64,000 nucleotides of DNA from Gammaproteobacteria bacterium GWE2_42_36 (GCA_001801305.1 MGXH01000061.1:4371-68370), one strand, 5' to 3'. Shown: positions 30,685-41,561, counted from the stretch's first letter. The notes: a model not told the origin generated them from the letters alone. Program-made: numbers and translations.

Positions 30685-31862
30685 CTAATACCTCTTTGTT
30701 TTTTATAGAGCCAGGTCAACATCGCCACAACTAAAAAAGCCGGAACATACATGGATTTTTGACGCATCGCCAAACCTAAATTAGTATTAATTAACCCTAA
30801 AAACATCATGCCGATCAGGAAAAAATAAAAGGCAATCCTAATCAAGGAAAATCGTGACTTTATTATCTTAAACAATCTTCTTTGTCTCCAAAAATCATAT
30901 AACAGCCAGACTAAAAAAACATTTTCAATTGAGGCTAAAATTCCCGACACGTTATTAGAGAAAAAAAACAATGGCATCACTAAATTCATAAAAAAGCTAT
31001 AAGGTAACATCAATAATAAGATATAAGGATTTGATGACAGAATCGAAAAACTTGTTCCGGTATCTAATCGACTTTGTTGCAACACTGCATGCTGAGCTAT
31101 ATTCATTAATTGCAGGTCTTGCAAACCGCCTTGAGTAATCACCACCCATCGCATAACGTATAATACAACTGGAATCAGAATCACAATCCCAACGACACGA
31201 AAAAACGATAATTCCCGAAGCCCTTTGAATGTGGAAAAATAATAAGCGCCTACAAAAATTATCAGCAAATAAGGGCGAATCATCGCCATAAACACAACGC
31301 TTAGCGCTAGCACAGTAAGAGTCACCAAACGATTTTTTCTCTGGTAAAAAAATCGATCCCATAACAATAAGGTCAAGGGAATCAAAAAAAAGCTTAATGA
31401 GTCCTTCCCCATACCCGCAGTAAATAAAAAAAATGATGGCCAACATATGATCACCAAAGCTGGGAAAATTCTTTTTTGATTCTCAATGTTTAAAAATTGA
31501 GAGCACCTTAAAAACAACAAATACCATAATACACTCCCCAAAAAAGCAAATGCTGAAAAAAAGTAAAAAGTGCCCAAAAGAGAATCCCCAGTCAGCCAAT
31601 CTCTAACGTACCAAACTATATTTTCTATAAAATCAGTCCCCACCCCCGAAAAGAAAGGATTAGCGCCAGGAAAAAATTGATCTATTGAGTCACTGGGCAA
31701 GAAAGAATAAAGGTACGTCCCGAAAAAATGACCCACACCAGAAATGAAAATAATAAAAATGATATTTTTATACATGGGTGAATAAGAACGATACAACCAA
31801 AGACTCAGCATAAAGGCAATAAAATAAAATAAAATGCCCCATAAAAAACCAGCGAACAACAT
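30681..31862 (-). CDS. Polytopic membrane protein; candidate O-antigen/capsule polymerase (Wzy-like) or ligase
   Basis: 393 aa; ~10 hydrophobic helices; AT-rich; in the glycan locus. Confidence 0.4.
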   Translation of the reverse strand: MLFAGFLWGILFYFIAFMLSLWLYRSYSPMYKNIIFIIFISGVGHFFGTYLYSFLPSDSIDQFFPGANPFFSGVGTDFIENIVWYVRDWLTGDSLLGTFYFFSAFAFLGSVLWYLLFLRCSQFLNIENQKRIFPALVIICWPSFFLFTAGMGKDSLSFFLIPLTLLLWDRFFYQRKNRLVTLTVLALSVVFMAMIRPYLLIIFVGAYYFSTFKGLRELSFFRVVGIVILIPVVLYVMRWVVITQGGLQDLQLMNIAQHAVLQQSRLDTGTSFSILSSNPYILLLMLPYSFFMNLVMPLFFFSNNVSGILASIENVFLVWLLYDFWRQRRLFKIIKSRFSLIRIAFYFFLIGMMFLGLINTNLGLAMRQKSMYVPAFLVVAMLTWLYKKQRGIR

Positions 31863-31865
31863 GAG

Positions 31866-33767
31866 CTATATCCCCTGCCTTGCCAACCAAGATTGAAACA
31901 TTAAAATATTCCATAAAATCGCTTGCCAATTTCGCTTACCCGATAAATGCTCTCTCCAATAAGCTGCCACTTGTTTTCCATTGAGAAACCCCTGCTGCGC
32001 AATACGAGTAGGACACAATAATTCTTCAGCCCATTGTTTCAACCCACCTCGCAACCATTCCTCACACGGGAACCCAAACCCTTTCTTTGGGCGATCGATT
32101 AATTGTTTAGGCAAATATCGATACAATAACTCCTTCAAAACCACCTTCCCTTTTCCATTACAAATTTTATAATTCATCGGCAAGTGCCATGCAAATTCAA
32201 AAAGTGTATGATCCAACAAAGGCGCGCGCGTTTCCAAGGAAACAGCCATAGAGGCTCTATCCACTTTGACTAAAATACCGTCTTGCAGGCCAGTCTGTGC
32301 ATCTAAAAACATCATCCATTCTCGATAGTTAAAAGTATTCGGACAAATATCAAAATGGGGGCTCTTATACTTTGCAGATAAAACAAGACTATCGATCTTA
32401 CTTTCAGATGAAATCAAGTTAAAGTAAAGACCCCATGGGGAATCAGCGGTTCCTAAAATGGCTGCTAATTTCTTCAGTTTATCCCCTATATTAACCCCAT
32501 TAAATGTTACGCCTGAAGGATACAGCTGTAACATTTTTAATAATAATGGCTTCAACCTATTTGGGATCATGGAAAATTTATCCCACAGGCTCTCTGACTG
32601 TAAATATCTGGGATAGCCACCAAACACTTCATCCCCACCATCCCCAGAAATTGCAACGCTGACATCTCTCTTCGCGATTTCACTCACTAAAAATGTGGGT
32701 AACTGGGAAGAGTCTCCAAAGGGTTCATCATAAATATCCGCCATCTTAGGAACAAGCAGCATCGCTTCAGCCTGTGATAAATATATCTCGGTATGATCGG
32801 TTCTTAAATGTTTCGCTACCTCTTTAGCAAAAGATGCCTCGTTATATTTTTTCTCATGAAACCCAATCGAAAAGGTTTTAACCCGTTGATTCGACATGGA
32901 TTGCATGACTGCAACAACAATAGAAGAATCCACGCCACCTGATAAGAAAGCCCCCACCGGCACATCCGCAATTTCCTGCAGCGTAACAATATCTTGCAAC
33001 TTCTCTTTTAATAAATCGACCGCCTCTGTCAGACTTCCTGCAAATAGATTTTTTTTACTTTCTTCTATTTTTTCTCGCATATTCCAAAAGATTTTATCTA
33101 CAACATGACCTTGATGATCAATAATTAAATAATGCCCACCCTTGAGTTTAAAAATATCTTTAAAAATAGACGCTGGAGCTGGCACATACCCCCATCGAAA
33201 ATAGGCCGCCAGCACAGAATCATCCACTTCAAATCGCCAATCAAAAGCACTACTCATGGGCTTTAATGCGTTTAATTCCGAAGTGAAAGCCAATGTATTA
33301 TTTTGAATACCATAATATAAGGGCTTTTCCCCAAAACGATCTCTAGCTAAATAGAGTTTCTGTTCTGGAATCCGATAAGCAGCAAATGCAAACATACCAA
33401 CACACCGAATAAGCGTTTCTTCAACTCCCCACAAAGCAATGGCATTCACAAGCACTTCAGTATCGCTATCACTACTAAATCTCACAGTAACTTCTTGTAA
33501 AATATCCCGCTTAATTTGTTTGTAATTATAAATTTCTCCATTGAAAACAATTACCCATTTTCGATCGAAAGAAAGCATGGGCTGATGACCAGCCGCACTT
33601 AAATCACGTATCGATAAACGAACATGGCCTAGGGCAATATTTTTTTTATGCCATATTCCTTCATCGTCAGGCCCTCGATGCCTCAGTATGCTCAACATAC
33701 GAGTCAACACATCTTGTGACAAAATATCCTTTTTGAAATTAACTATACCTGCAATCCCACACATCAC
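31866..33767 (-). CDS. Asparagine synthetase (glutamine-hydrolysing) homolog; WbpS-like uronic-acid amidotransferase candidate
   Basis: 633 aa; N-terminal Cys nucleophile MMCGIAG; PP-loop SGGVDSS. Confidence 0.8.
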   Translation of the reverse strand: MMCGIAGIVNFKKDILSQDVLTRMLSILRHRGPDDEGIWHKKNIALGHVRLSIRDLSAAGHQPMLSFDRKWVIVFNGEIYNYKQIKRDILQEVTVRFSSDSDTEVLVNAIALWGVEETLIRCVGMFAFAAYRIPEQKLYLARDRFGEKPLYYGIQNNTLAFTSELNALKPMSSAFDWRFEVDDSVLAAYFRWGYVPAPASIFKDIFKLKGGHYLIIDHQGHVVDKIFWNMREKIEESKKNLFAGSLTEAVDLLKEKLQDIVTLQEIADVPVGAFLSGGVDSSIVVAVMQSMSNQRVKTFSIGFHEKKYNEASFAKEVAKHLRTDHTEIYLSQAEAMLLVPKMADIYDEPFGDSSQLPTFLVSEIAKRDVSVAISGDGGDEVFGGYPRYLQSESLWDKFSMIPNRLKPLLLKMLQLYPSGVTFNGVNIGDKLKKLAAILGTADSPWGLYFNLISSESKIDSLVLSAKYKSPHFDICPNTFNYREWMMFLDAQTGLQDGILVKVDRASMAVSLETRAPLLDHTLFEFAWHLPMNYKICNGKGKVVLKELLYRYLPKQLIDRPKKGFGFPCEEWLRGGLKQWAEELLCPTRIAQQGFLNGKQVAAYWREHLSGKRNWQAILWNILMFQSWLARQGI

Positions 33768-33771
33768 ACCC

Positions 33772-34515
33772 TCAGAATTTGTAATTTTTAAGCATATGCC
33801 TAAAAGATCTTAACGCCAACAAACAACGCTCTATTCCATAAGCCAAGAAATAAGGTGAACATTTTAACTTCAGGGCTTCGTCATAACTAGCGCACCGTGT
33901 TGAGTGGCGAGTCAAAAATGATGCAATTTCTTGAAATCCCTCGTCAGAAATACTGTTACAGTGGATACAAACCGTCAAGCAACCAACAACGCTCTTATAT
34001 GGTCTAGAAATTTGGCAAGGAATAAACTTAAGTCCTTGATAGCTATAAGGATATAAACTGTATCCATCTGTAATATACCGAAACCCTAGATTGGTTAACG
34101 CCGATAATGTGTTTCTATCATAGCTATGCGAAGGAGACATCCAAATATCTGAATCGATTCCCTGCGAAGACAGAAGGGCTTTCCCCTTTTTTATCTTCTC
34201 ATATTGCTCTGCATAAGGCACACCTGCAAACTCACTCTTGTTAGAAACATTTAATATGCCCCCATTTTTAGTGCTCTGCTGATGTGTATATCCATGCTGC
34301 GCAACCAACCAACCTCGCGCGTGTAGCGCACGAATAATATCCCAAAATTCAGGATTATATTTTCCTCGCCTCAATCGATCATCTTGATTATTCGGCACAA
34401 CACCCAACAGAGGGAAAACCTCATAACAACTAAACAATGCCTCAAATCGATTAAACGCCTCCCAATTCATTTCCGGCGTAATATCATCCATTCTGAAGAA
34501 TACTTTTGACATCAA
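33772..34515 (-). CDS. hypothetical protein; possible polysaccharide deacetylase-like (NodB/CE4-type motifs RMDDI…HGYTH)
   Basis: 247 aa; Asp-Asp and His-x3-His-like motifs only; weak. Confidence 0.3.
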   Translation of the reverse strand: MMSKVFFRMDDITPEMNWEAFNRFEALFSCYEVFPLLGVVPNNQDDRLRRGKYNPEFWDIIRALHARGWLVAQHGYTHQQSTKNGGILNVSNKSEFAGVPYAEQYEKIKKGKALLSSQGIDSDIWMSPSHSYDRNTLSALTNLGFRYITDGYSLYPYSYQGLKFIPCQISRPYKSVVGCLTVCIHCNSISDEGFQEIASFLTRHSTRCASYDEALKLKCSPYFLAYGIERCLLALRSFRHMLKNYKF

Positions 34516-34521
34516 TAAAAC

Positions 34522-35178
34522 TCACTTCCTAAGTTTGACAATAGTCTCAGCGCCCTTTATCTCAAATGTAATATAATTAACCGGTAGATTTGAAAATATT
34601 TTTTTTATTCTTTTGTTGTTCATCATAGGGTGTCCAATTTTGAGCCCGAAATGATTGTTTAAAAAGGTAATAATTTTCGAAACGAAATCCTGCTTACCTA
34701 AATATTGGCGTTCGTTATTCAATATCAAATAAGCCTGCCCGTGTTTATTTAACAACGCTATGATGTGATGAGCCAATCGTTTATCATTCATCGCATAATA
34801 AAAACAAACCCGATTAAATATAATATCGAACTTACCCGAACTCTCTTCCAAATAACCGATTTGCGTATTGATATTGGTTACAGCGCCATATTTTTCTATA
34901 AATAAATCATAATAATTTTTTGATATATCGTGCCATGTAACCTGAGCACCTCTAAAAAAAAACTCTTTACAAAAATGCCCCGGTCCTGCACCTAAATCAA
35001 GTATTTTCTTTCCTTTTAGAGAACCACAAAATTGCTCAACTTGATCCACCTCATACCGCACATATTCCTCAGATTCATTAGGCCTATTAAAATAAGACAG
35101 AGCGTACTCATACGGAACCGGATCAAAACCTCGTTCTGGCCTATGGAACCAATAATGGACTCTATTGATCAGCGACAT
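34522..35178 (-). CDS. Class I SAM-dependent methyltransferase
   Basis: 218 aa; motif I ILDLGAGPGHF. Confidence 0.65.
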   Translation of the reverse strand: MSLINRVHYWFHRPERGFDPVPYEYALSYFNRPNESEEYVRYEVDQVEQFCGSLKGKKILDLGAGPGHFCKEFFFRGAQVTWHDISKNYYDLFIEKYGAVTNINTQIGYLEESSGKFDIIFNRVCFYYAMNDKRLAHHIIALLNKHGQAYLILNNERQYLGKQDFVSKIITFLNNHFGLKIGHPMMNNKRIKKIFSNLPVNYITFEIKGAETIVKLRK

Positions 35179-35195
35179 TTAATACCATCCTTTAC

Positions 35196-36320
35196 TCATT
35201 TTTTAACTTTAACATATAATTGCTCATAGTAAGCAACAGTCTTTGAAAGATCATACCGATCAGTCACACTTTGCCGTCTATTTTCTTGAGCACTACCAGC
35301 CTCTTTTAATAAAAAAATAACCTGTTGAGCTAGTTCGTCATACTGCCCAGCGGCAACAGTATATCCATGAGTCGATACAATCATTTTTGTATCCCCCACA
35401 TCTGTCGCAACACAGGGGACACCACATGCCATCGCTTCACCGATGACATTGGGAAACCCTTCAACCCATGAAGTTGATAAATATACATCAAAAGCGGGCA
35501 ATACTTGGATACTCTCGACACTCCCCAATAAAATAAAACGATCTTCCAAATGAGCGTTTTTTATCCATTCGAGTAGTGGCTGGTTATTAATATGACATCC
35601 TTTCCCTGCTAACACAAAGAAAACAGACTCTGAATTGGCGCTATCCGCTATTCTTTTCGCCACTTCAACAAATCCCTGGTGATTCTTATCTGAGTGAAAT
35701 CGCGCAATCATTCCCACAATTTTAGAGCACTCGTTTAAATGATGTTTTACTCTAAATTTTTTATATATCACTTCACTCGGCTTGAATACATTTAAATCAA
35801 ACCCATTAGGAATATAAACGGCATTATCTGCACAAAAGCCAGTCTGTTGATGCTGCATCTGTGACCATTGTGAGTTATATATCACTGCCACAGCCCATGG
35901 GGATAACCACGCGTTAAATTTAAGCGCACAACGCGTTAACCATTTCAAATTGGTTTTATTATCCAAACTACGTCTGATATTAAAAATCACTTGATGCTTA
36001 GACAAAAAAAACCTTGCCATCATCGCAAAGGCATTTGCATGATACATCCATGCTTGAACAATATCTGGATGATGTTTTTTGAGTAGTCGATGATATCTCC
36101 AGATTGCAACGATTGAAGATAGATTTCGTTTCATATTGAGGCAGTAGACTGGAATTCCTAAATGCTCAATCTTTTCAGCAAACACGCCTTTATCGGTCAT
36201 TGAAATCACAATGTTTTCAAATCGATTATTATCCATATTAGACAGTAACCGATATAACATTGTCTCTGCACCACCTTGTCCAAGCCCTGTGATCAAATGA
36301 AGAATTGTTATCTTGTGCAT
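35196..36320 (-). CDS. Glycosyltransferase family 4
   Basis: 374 aa; EGFPNVIGEAMACGVPCVATDVGD (E-x7-E). Confidence 0.75.
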   Translation of the reverse strand: MHKITILHLITGLGQGGAETMLYRLLSNMDNNRFENIVISMTDKGVFAEKIEHLGIPVYCLNMKRNLSSIVAIWRYHRLLKKHHPDIVQAWMYHANAFAMMARFFLSKHQVIFNIRRSLDNKTNLKWLTRCALKFNAWLSPWAVAVIYNSQWSQMQHQQTGFCADNAVYIPNGFDLNVFKPSEVIYKKFRVKHHLNECSKIVGMIARFHSDKNHQGFVEVAKRIADSANSESVFFVLAGKGCHINNQPLLEWIKNAHLEDRFILLGSVESIQVLPAFDVYLSTSWVEGFPNVIGEAMACGVPCVATDVGDTKMIVSTHGYTVAAGQYDELAQQVIFLLKEAGSAQENRRQSVTDRYDLSKTVAYYEQLYVKVKK

Positions 36321-36476
36321 TTACTAACCGTTTCGTTTTAAATGTCAGCCGCTATCCCTATCGCTTCAAAGAAATGTGCAACGAGAAGTTCTTTCATTTT
36401 ATCTTAACGAAGCAAACATATGCTAGCGTTTCCCCAGCAAAAAAAACCTCATACGCAACTCAGGAGCAATAGACTA

Positions 36477-36525
36477 ATTTCATTAGGAATTCCCGCACTA
36501 AACGCGCGGGAATTCCTAATGAAAT
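36477..36525. repeat. Perfect 20-bp-stem palindrome (atttcattaggaattcccgc … gcgggaattcctaatgaaat, 9-nt loop) with two EcoRI sites, in an intra-locus intergenic gap
   Basis: Exact reverse-complement arms read directly from the sequence. Confidence 0.8.
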
Positions 36526-36529
36526 CTCG

Positions 36530-37594
36530 TCAAATTATCGTCTTATACAAGAATTCCACTTGATCCCCCCAATTTGATTGCGAAAATTTCTCACAAATCG
36601 TTTTTTTAGCCATTGCTGACAAACGAGAATAATTTTCTTCATCAAGCCTCCATGCGCGATTTAACGCCAATGCAAAATCTTCAAACGTATGATTGAATAC
36701 AATACCATTATAACCATCTTGGACTATAAGATTTGTCGCTTCAGTTTTAGAAACAATTGGAACGACACCATAAGACATAGCCTCAAGAAGAGAGTGATTT
36801 CCAAAAACAATCCTCGAAGGAAGAATAAAATATTTCGCCATCCAATAGTATTCGATTGGATCAATACACTCAAATATCTGAAACTTTTCGCTCATTTTTA
36901 ACCTAATTAAAGAATCTTTTGCCTCTTTTGAAAGCTGAGCAACATGTTTAGGTAATAACCCCAAAGCAACAACCTGTGCATTGAAGGCACAATTAAGAAA
37001 ATATTGCATAACCCAATCAAATCTTCTTTCTTTTATTATCCGGTTAACCCAAAGAAAATCTATTTTTTTCTCTCCGCACCTAATTACCGGAGAAGCTACA
37101 CTATTCGGAATCATTGAACTATTTTTGACGCCAATTTCTCTTAATAATCCAGCCATATATGGCTCTTTATACCAAACCACATCAGCCAACTGATATACTC
37201 GCCGAATCAGGGCTCGATAAAAAAATGGTATGCTCTTTAAAAACTGCAGATCCCCTCTTTCAACGACAAGAAATTTGATATTGAAGTACTTACAAAGAAT
37301 CACATAAAAATACGAAAATCGTCCAGTAGCATAAATTTCAGCATGGTGAATCGTGTTTTTGCATGAACGCAGATATAAATAAATTTGTAACACTCTTGCA
37401 AAAAAGCCTCGCTTTAATACAAATAAATTATTCAACGCATAAAGTCCCTGCATGTGCAATGAAGGATTGCAAAGGGCCTCCCCAGTAAATACATCAAACC
37501 TAAATCCTCGTTCGTTCAATAATTCAAGCTGATAACGATTTTTCCTTAGAAAAGCATCGATCCCTAAAATAACAACTGTATTCTTTACCATCAT
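36530..37594 (-). CDS. Glycosyltransferase (GT-B fold, GT4-like)
   Basis: 354 aa; C-terminal …LLEAMSYGVVPIVSKTEAT… nucleotide-sugar-binding block. Confidence 0.6.
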   Translation of the reverse strand: MMVKNTVVILGIDAFLRKNRYQLELLNERGFRFDVFTGEALCNPSLHMQGLYALNNLFVLKRGFFARVLQIYLYLRSCKNTIHHAEIYATGRFSYFYVILCKYFNIKFLVVERGDLQFLKSIPFFYRALIRRVYQLADVVWYKEPYMAGLLREIGVKNSSMIPNSVASPVIRCGEKKIDFLWVNRIIKERRFDWVMQYFLNCAFNAQVVALGLLPKHVAQLSKEAKDSLIRLKMSEKFQIFECIDPIEYYWMAKYFILPSRIVFGNHSLLEAMSYGVVPIVSKTEATNLIVQDGYNGIVFNHTFEDFALALNRAWRLDEENYSRLSAMAKKTICEKFSQSNWGDQVEFLYKTII

Positions 37595-37842
37595 TTTAAC
37601 CCGTGATAATTATCACCTTCAAGCGCCACCATCTCAGACAAGTTTTTCAATATTATCTACTCACGTGTAATGATTGTATAATAGGAACACAACTATTATC
37701 AATCCTCCGATCAGATTTAGGCAATTTACAGAAATTATTTTGCACTAACTTCTTTTTTCCTGCTCTAGTAAACATTATTTGAAACTATCATGCTGTTAGG
37801 AGCAACAACAATAAATAAACAATAAGACCAATCAATAGGATA

Positions 37843-39399
37843 TTAAGTAATAGCAAATAAATTACCCGGCATTAATGAAAATTCTATAGAACCCAATAAA
37901 TTATAATAATTCTTATAAAGACTAAACTTCACTATATCACCATATTCGCGATACCTAATTACATATTCAGCACTATATTTACTCATAGTAGCCACAATTT
38001 GGCTCTGACTTACACCCCAAAAATCATCCGAGGAATCAAGGCAATTATTCTTTTCAATAAAATACCAATCAGGAAAAACACAGATATCATATTTATTTGC
38101 CACGTATTCGATTGGCTCAATATACTGCCGAAATCCATCAAATATTTTGCCATATTCGTTATTAGGGTTACTAAATGTCATCAATATCTTAGACCCAGGC
38201 TTAACCTCTCTAAACATGTTAGTAATTTGTTCTAAGCAAAGCTTCATGCTCACTGGTGTTCTTGGTAGAGGAGAAAAAAGCCCTTTATGAAATGGCTTTA
38301 AGCCTATCAAAAAATAAGCTGGATTAATGGAAAAATAAAACATTATTTCTAATATCAAAAAATGCTTGTGATGAGCGCTCAGTATAGCCATAGATGAAAT
38401 AGTCAAAAAAACAATAAAGAGTGATTGAGTGTCAGCAAAGCGCGAAAAAAAAGAATTAAGAGCAAAAAGAAACACAAAGGAAAACATTAAAATGGAATAA
38501 TTATCCAACCCAAAAAACATAAAATACCCGATAGAAAAACTGCCGAATAAAGTCAGCAAATAAATACCGACAAGCGAAACCCCAACATCAGATCGTCTAT
38601 ATTTAGCTCCTGTTTTAATCAAACCTAAAAGGCAAGTCATACCATAAACCCCGGCATGTCGAATTGAAATTAGCATCGGAATAATAAATCGAATCACAGC
38701 TGGAAAAAACGAAACCAACAAATAGATATCTCCGCGCCATAAAACAAAAACAATGACATAAAACCCTAGAAAAAATATAGAAGTGAAGCTCATGAATGAC
38801 ATCAGAAATGAGGCGGCAAAAAATGCATAATAGCTGTGATGCAACATAGAATAGAACGCAAATGGCAATAACATCCAGCCCAAAATATTATAATTTTGCA
38901 AGTCGATAAAATTAGCAAAAAACAATGAACTGGAAATGATGACAAAAATCAATGAAATTTGATGAGTACTCGAGCAATTCGTCAAAAAAGTAACGCTGAA
39001 AAGCCAAACACACATCGCGATAACCAACATACATGTTGTCCCTAAAGACGACATCAGTCGTAAACTTAATGGATTAAGCTGAAATAATTTAGCTAGGCTA
39101 TAGTCACCGCCGGCCAAGAGTTTACTGTTACCAAATCTTCCGAATTTTTGAACATTTAGATCTTGAGTATAATAAAAATAATTATTGATTGCGGTATGCG
39201 CTGTGTTGCCAGAGTAATACTTCCAATCTTTCCCTTTTAATAAAACACAAATAATATTTTTCATTGAGACGATCAATGCATAGAAATTAAAAATCGCGAT
39301 AAAAAAAGGATAAAAAAGCAAAAACCACAGCTGTTTTTTACTGTATTTCTTAAAAAATCGATTGCATTTTTCTTTTATATCAATAACCACACAATACAC
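37843..39399 (-). CDS. Large polytopic membrane protein; candidate Wzy polymerase or GT-C-type glycosyltransferase
   Basis: 518 aa; >10 TM helices; AT-rich (~23-30% GC in sampled lines); adjacent to wzx. Confidence 0.4.
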   Translation of the reverse strand: MYCVVIDIKEKCNRFFKKYSKKQLWFLLFYPFFIAIFNFYALIVSMKNIICVLLKGKDWKYYSGNTAHTAINNYFYYTQDLNVQKFGRFGNSKLLAGGDYSLAKLFQLNPLSLRLMSSLGTTCMLVIAMCVWLFSVTFLTNCSSTHQISLIFVIISSSLFFANFIDLQNYNILGWMLLPFAFYSMLHHSYYAFFAASFLMSFMSFTSIFFLGFYVIVFVLWRGDIYLLVSFFPAVIRFIIPMLISIRHAGVYGMTCLLGLIKTGAKYRRSDVGVSLVGIYLLTLFGSFSIGYFMFFGLDNYSILMFSFVFLFALNSFFSRFADTQSLFIVFLTISSMAILSAHHKHFLILEIMFYFSINPAYFLIGLKPFHKGLFSPLPRTPVSMKLCLEQITNMFREVKPGSKILMTFSNPNNEYGKIFDGFRQYIEPIEYVANKYDICVFPDWYFIEKNNCLDSSDDFWGVSQSQIVATMSKYSAEYVIRYREYGDIVKFSLYKNYYNLLGSIEFSLMPGNLFAIT

Positions 39400-40712
39400 C
39401 CTAAACTAAGTGTCATAAATAAACCATAATATGCCCATTGCCATTTAACGGGGTAATAACGATTACTAATATTCATTGTGATTAAATTCGAAATACCTAT
39501 CGATAAAGCCGTTGCGATAGCTGCGCCCATAATACCCATTAATGGAATTAATATTAAATTTAACGTAATATTAACCGTAACGGATATGATATCAATGAAA
39601 AAATTAAGATAGGTTTTTCTACTCTTAAAAATGCCCATCCCACCAATTAAATAAAAACCATAAAAAATACTAGACCACGCCATAGGTCCAACAACCCTCC
39701 AACCTGAATAGTACGCTGACGGCGCTAGCAATCGAATGAGATAGGGCGATAAAAAAGTAATGAGAACAGCACCTAACGAACCTAACCCGACGTACCATAA
39801 AGCAATTTTTCTAAAAAATTCAGGGCCGTCATCGTGATGAATAGCATCCATTGCAACAGGCCACCATGCTTGACGAAAAATAGTTACTGCCAGTGCGATT
39901 AATGTAGAGATCTGCGCTCCAACCGCATATATGCCTAAGTTTTTAGCTCCCAATATTCGCAAAACAAACCATCGATCTGCACCACTTAATATCCAAATCA
40001 ACAGACCAGAAGGAATAAAAACTGCTCCAAATTGCAAAAAAGGCCTCCAAAGATCCGTTTCTAATGTATACCAATACCGATATTTTCGGGTGGCAAGCCA
40101 ACCATAAAAAGTCACAATAATTGAGGCTATCGCGAACCCAGCAAAATATCCCGTTAAATACCAATGAAATTCTATAATTAGACCAATTGAAATTACTGGT
40201 CCTAATGATGATTGTAAAAAAGATATTAAAATATAGCGCCAAGGCTGATAGATTAAACGAAAAACCTCTATCGATTGACTAATCATGGAAGAAAAAAAAG
40301 TGGTACAAATAACTAACAAAATATATTGGAAAGGCATTATCTGATTAAAAAACAAACGAACAATTAACGGCGAAAAAATGGCACATATAATAGAAACTAT
40401 CAGTCCTAAAATCATACGGAGTTGAAAAATTGAAGTGGTCACTTTTTCAATGGGGCAATTCTTCTTGTTTTTAGCCTCCATAAAAAAAAAAGATTGGGCG
40501 CCATCTAAACCAGCCGTCATAAAAATTGCCAAAATATTGCTTACTGTAGAATACATTGAAATATAGCCATAATCCTGCGGCGAAAATATGCGCGTAAATA
40601 GAGGGATTAATAAAAACGGAATAGCTTTTGCCGTTATTGCACCTAAACCATAGACCATAGAATCTGAGATGAGCTGTTTGTACTTATTCATAAAAAACCA
40701 TAACAACAACAA
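39375..40712 (-). CDS. wzx: Polysaccharide repeat-unit flippase (Wzx, MOP superfamily)
   Basis: 445 aa; ~12 TM helices; N-terminus …MVYGLGAITAKAIPFLLIPLFTRIFSPQDYG typical of Wzx. Confidence 0.7.
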   Translation of the reverse strand: MLLLWFFMNKYKQLISDSMVYGLGAITAKAIPFLLIPLFTRIFSPQDYGYISMYSTVSNILAIFMTAGLDGAQSFFFMEAKNKKNCPIEKVTTSIFQLRMILGLIVSIICAIFSPLIVRLFFNQIMPFQYILLVICTTFFSSMISQSIEVFRLIYQPWRYILISFLQSSLGPVISIGLIIEFHWYLTGYFAGFAIASIIVTFYGWLATRKYRYWYTLETDLWRPFLQFGAVFIPSGLLIWILSGADRWFVLRILGAKNLGIYAVGAQISTLIALAVTIFRQAWWPVAMDAIHHDDGPEFFRKIALWYVGLGSLGAVLITFLSPYLIRLLAPSAYYSGWRVVGPMAWSSIFYGFYLIGGMGIFKSRKTYLNFFIDIISVTVNITLNLILIPLMGIMGAAIATALSIGISNLITMNISNRYYPVKWQWAYYGLFMTLSLGCIVWLLI

Positions 40713-40749
40713 AGAGTGGATTTAAAAATCAGAAAATAGGTTTCATAAT

Positions 40750-41322
40750 TTACTTTTGAGCAAAATTCTTCAATGTTTTTTTCATGCTTCTGGAATATAA
40801 ATCGGCCGGTGAGTTTGATATAACAGCGTTATCTGGCACATCCACCAATACGGATGTCCCTGCAGCTATTACGCAATTTTTACCAATTTTAACACCCGCC
40901 CCAATATAGGAATTAGCACAAATCATCGAATTATTTCCAATAATTACTGGCCTGGAAGAAAGCCCCCTCTTTTGATACATTGTCCCCTTAGGTAAAAAAC
41001 CATGATCCCCTGTAATTATAACAACATGAGGTCCTAATGCAGCTCCTTCACCTATTTCAACCCCCCCAAATGCATCAATATGAACACCCCTATTAATAAA
41101 AACATTTTTTCCTATTTGTAGATTATAGGTGCTTCTCAAATGAACGGATCTTTGCAAAATCACCCCTGGCCCACATTTTTTTGAAAACATTTTTAAATAC
41201 ATGCGCCGTATAAACAGCCCTTCAATACCAGGAATATGTTTACAAATAGACCAAAGATATTCATCAAAAAAAACACAAAGTAGCTGCTTAAACCTATAAT
41301 TTTTTAAAATATTGACAATCAT
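40750..41322 (-). CDS. Hexapeptide-repeat (left-handed beta-helix) acyl/acetyltransferase
   Basis: 190 aa; repeated [LIV]G-x4 hexads; 4-bp overlap with the ACP gene upstream. Confidence 0.65.
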   Translation of the reverse strand: MIVNILKNYRFKQLLCVFFDEYLWSICKHIPGIEGLFIRRMYLKMFSKKCGPGVILQRSVHLRSTYNLQIGKNVFINRGVHIDAFGGVEIGEGAALGPHVVIITGDHGFLPKGTMYQKRGLSSRPVIIGNNSMICANSYIGAGVKIGKNCVIAAGTSVLVDVPDNAVISNSPADLYSRSMKKTLKNFAQK

Positions 41323-41561
41323 TTTTTAGTTAAATTTGATTTTTTTAGTAAAACTTCAAGTACTGCTTTGTAGTCAAACATACGCATAATCTCATCATCA
41401 TCAAATTCTAAAGAAAACTCATCTTCTAATGCTATCATCAACTTCATATGTCTTAATGAATCCCAGTTTTCTATCGTTTCGGACGATGCCCCCTCATCTA
41501 TCTTGCTTATATCAACACTTAATACCGTAGCTATAATTTCTTTAAGTTTTTTTTCCATCAT
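41319..41561 (-). CDS. Acyl carrier protein (stand-alone ACP)
   Basis: 80 aa; acidic; phosphopantetheine attachment context IENWDSLRHMKLMIALEDEF. Confidence 0.7.
   Translation of the reverse strand: MMEKKLKEIIATVLSVDISKIDEGASSETIENWDSLRHMKLMIALEDEFSLEFDDDEIMRMFDYKAVLEVLLKKSNLTKK

Noticed and set aside
30997-31446. 149-aa minus-strand ORF inside the 393-aa membrane-protein gene
   Set aside because: Different frame of the same strand within a longer coherent hydrophobic ORF
39943-40242. 99-aa ORF inside wzx
   Set aside because: Internal alternative-frame ORF
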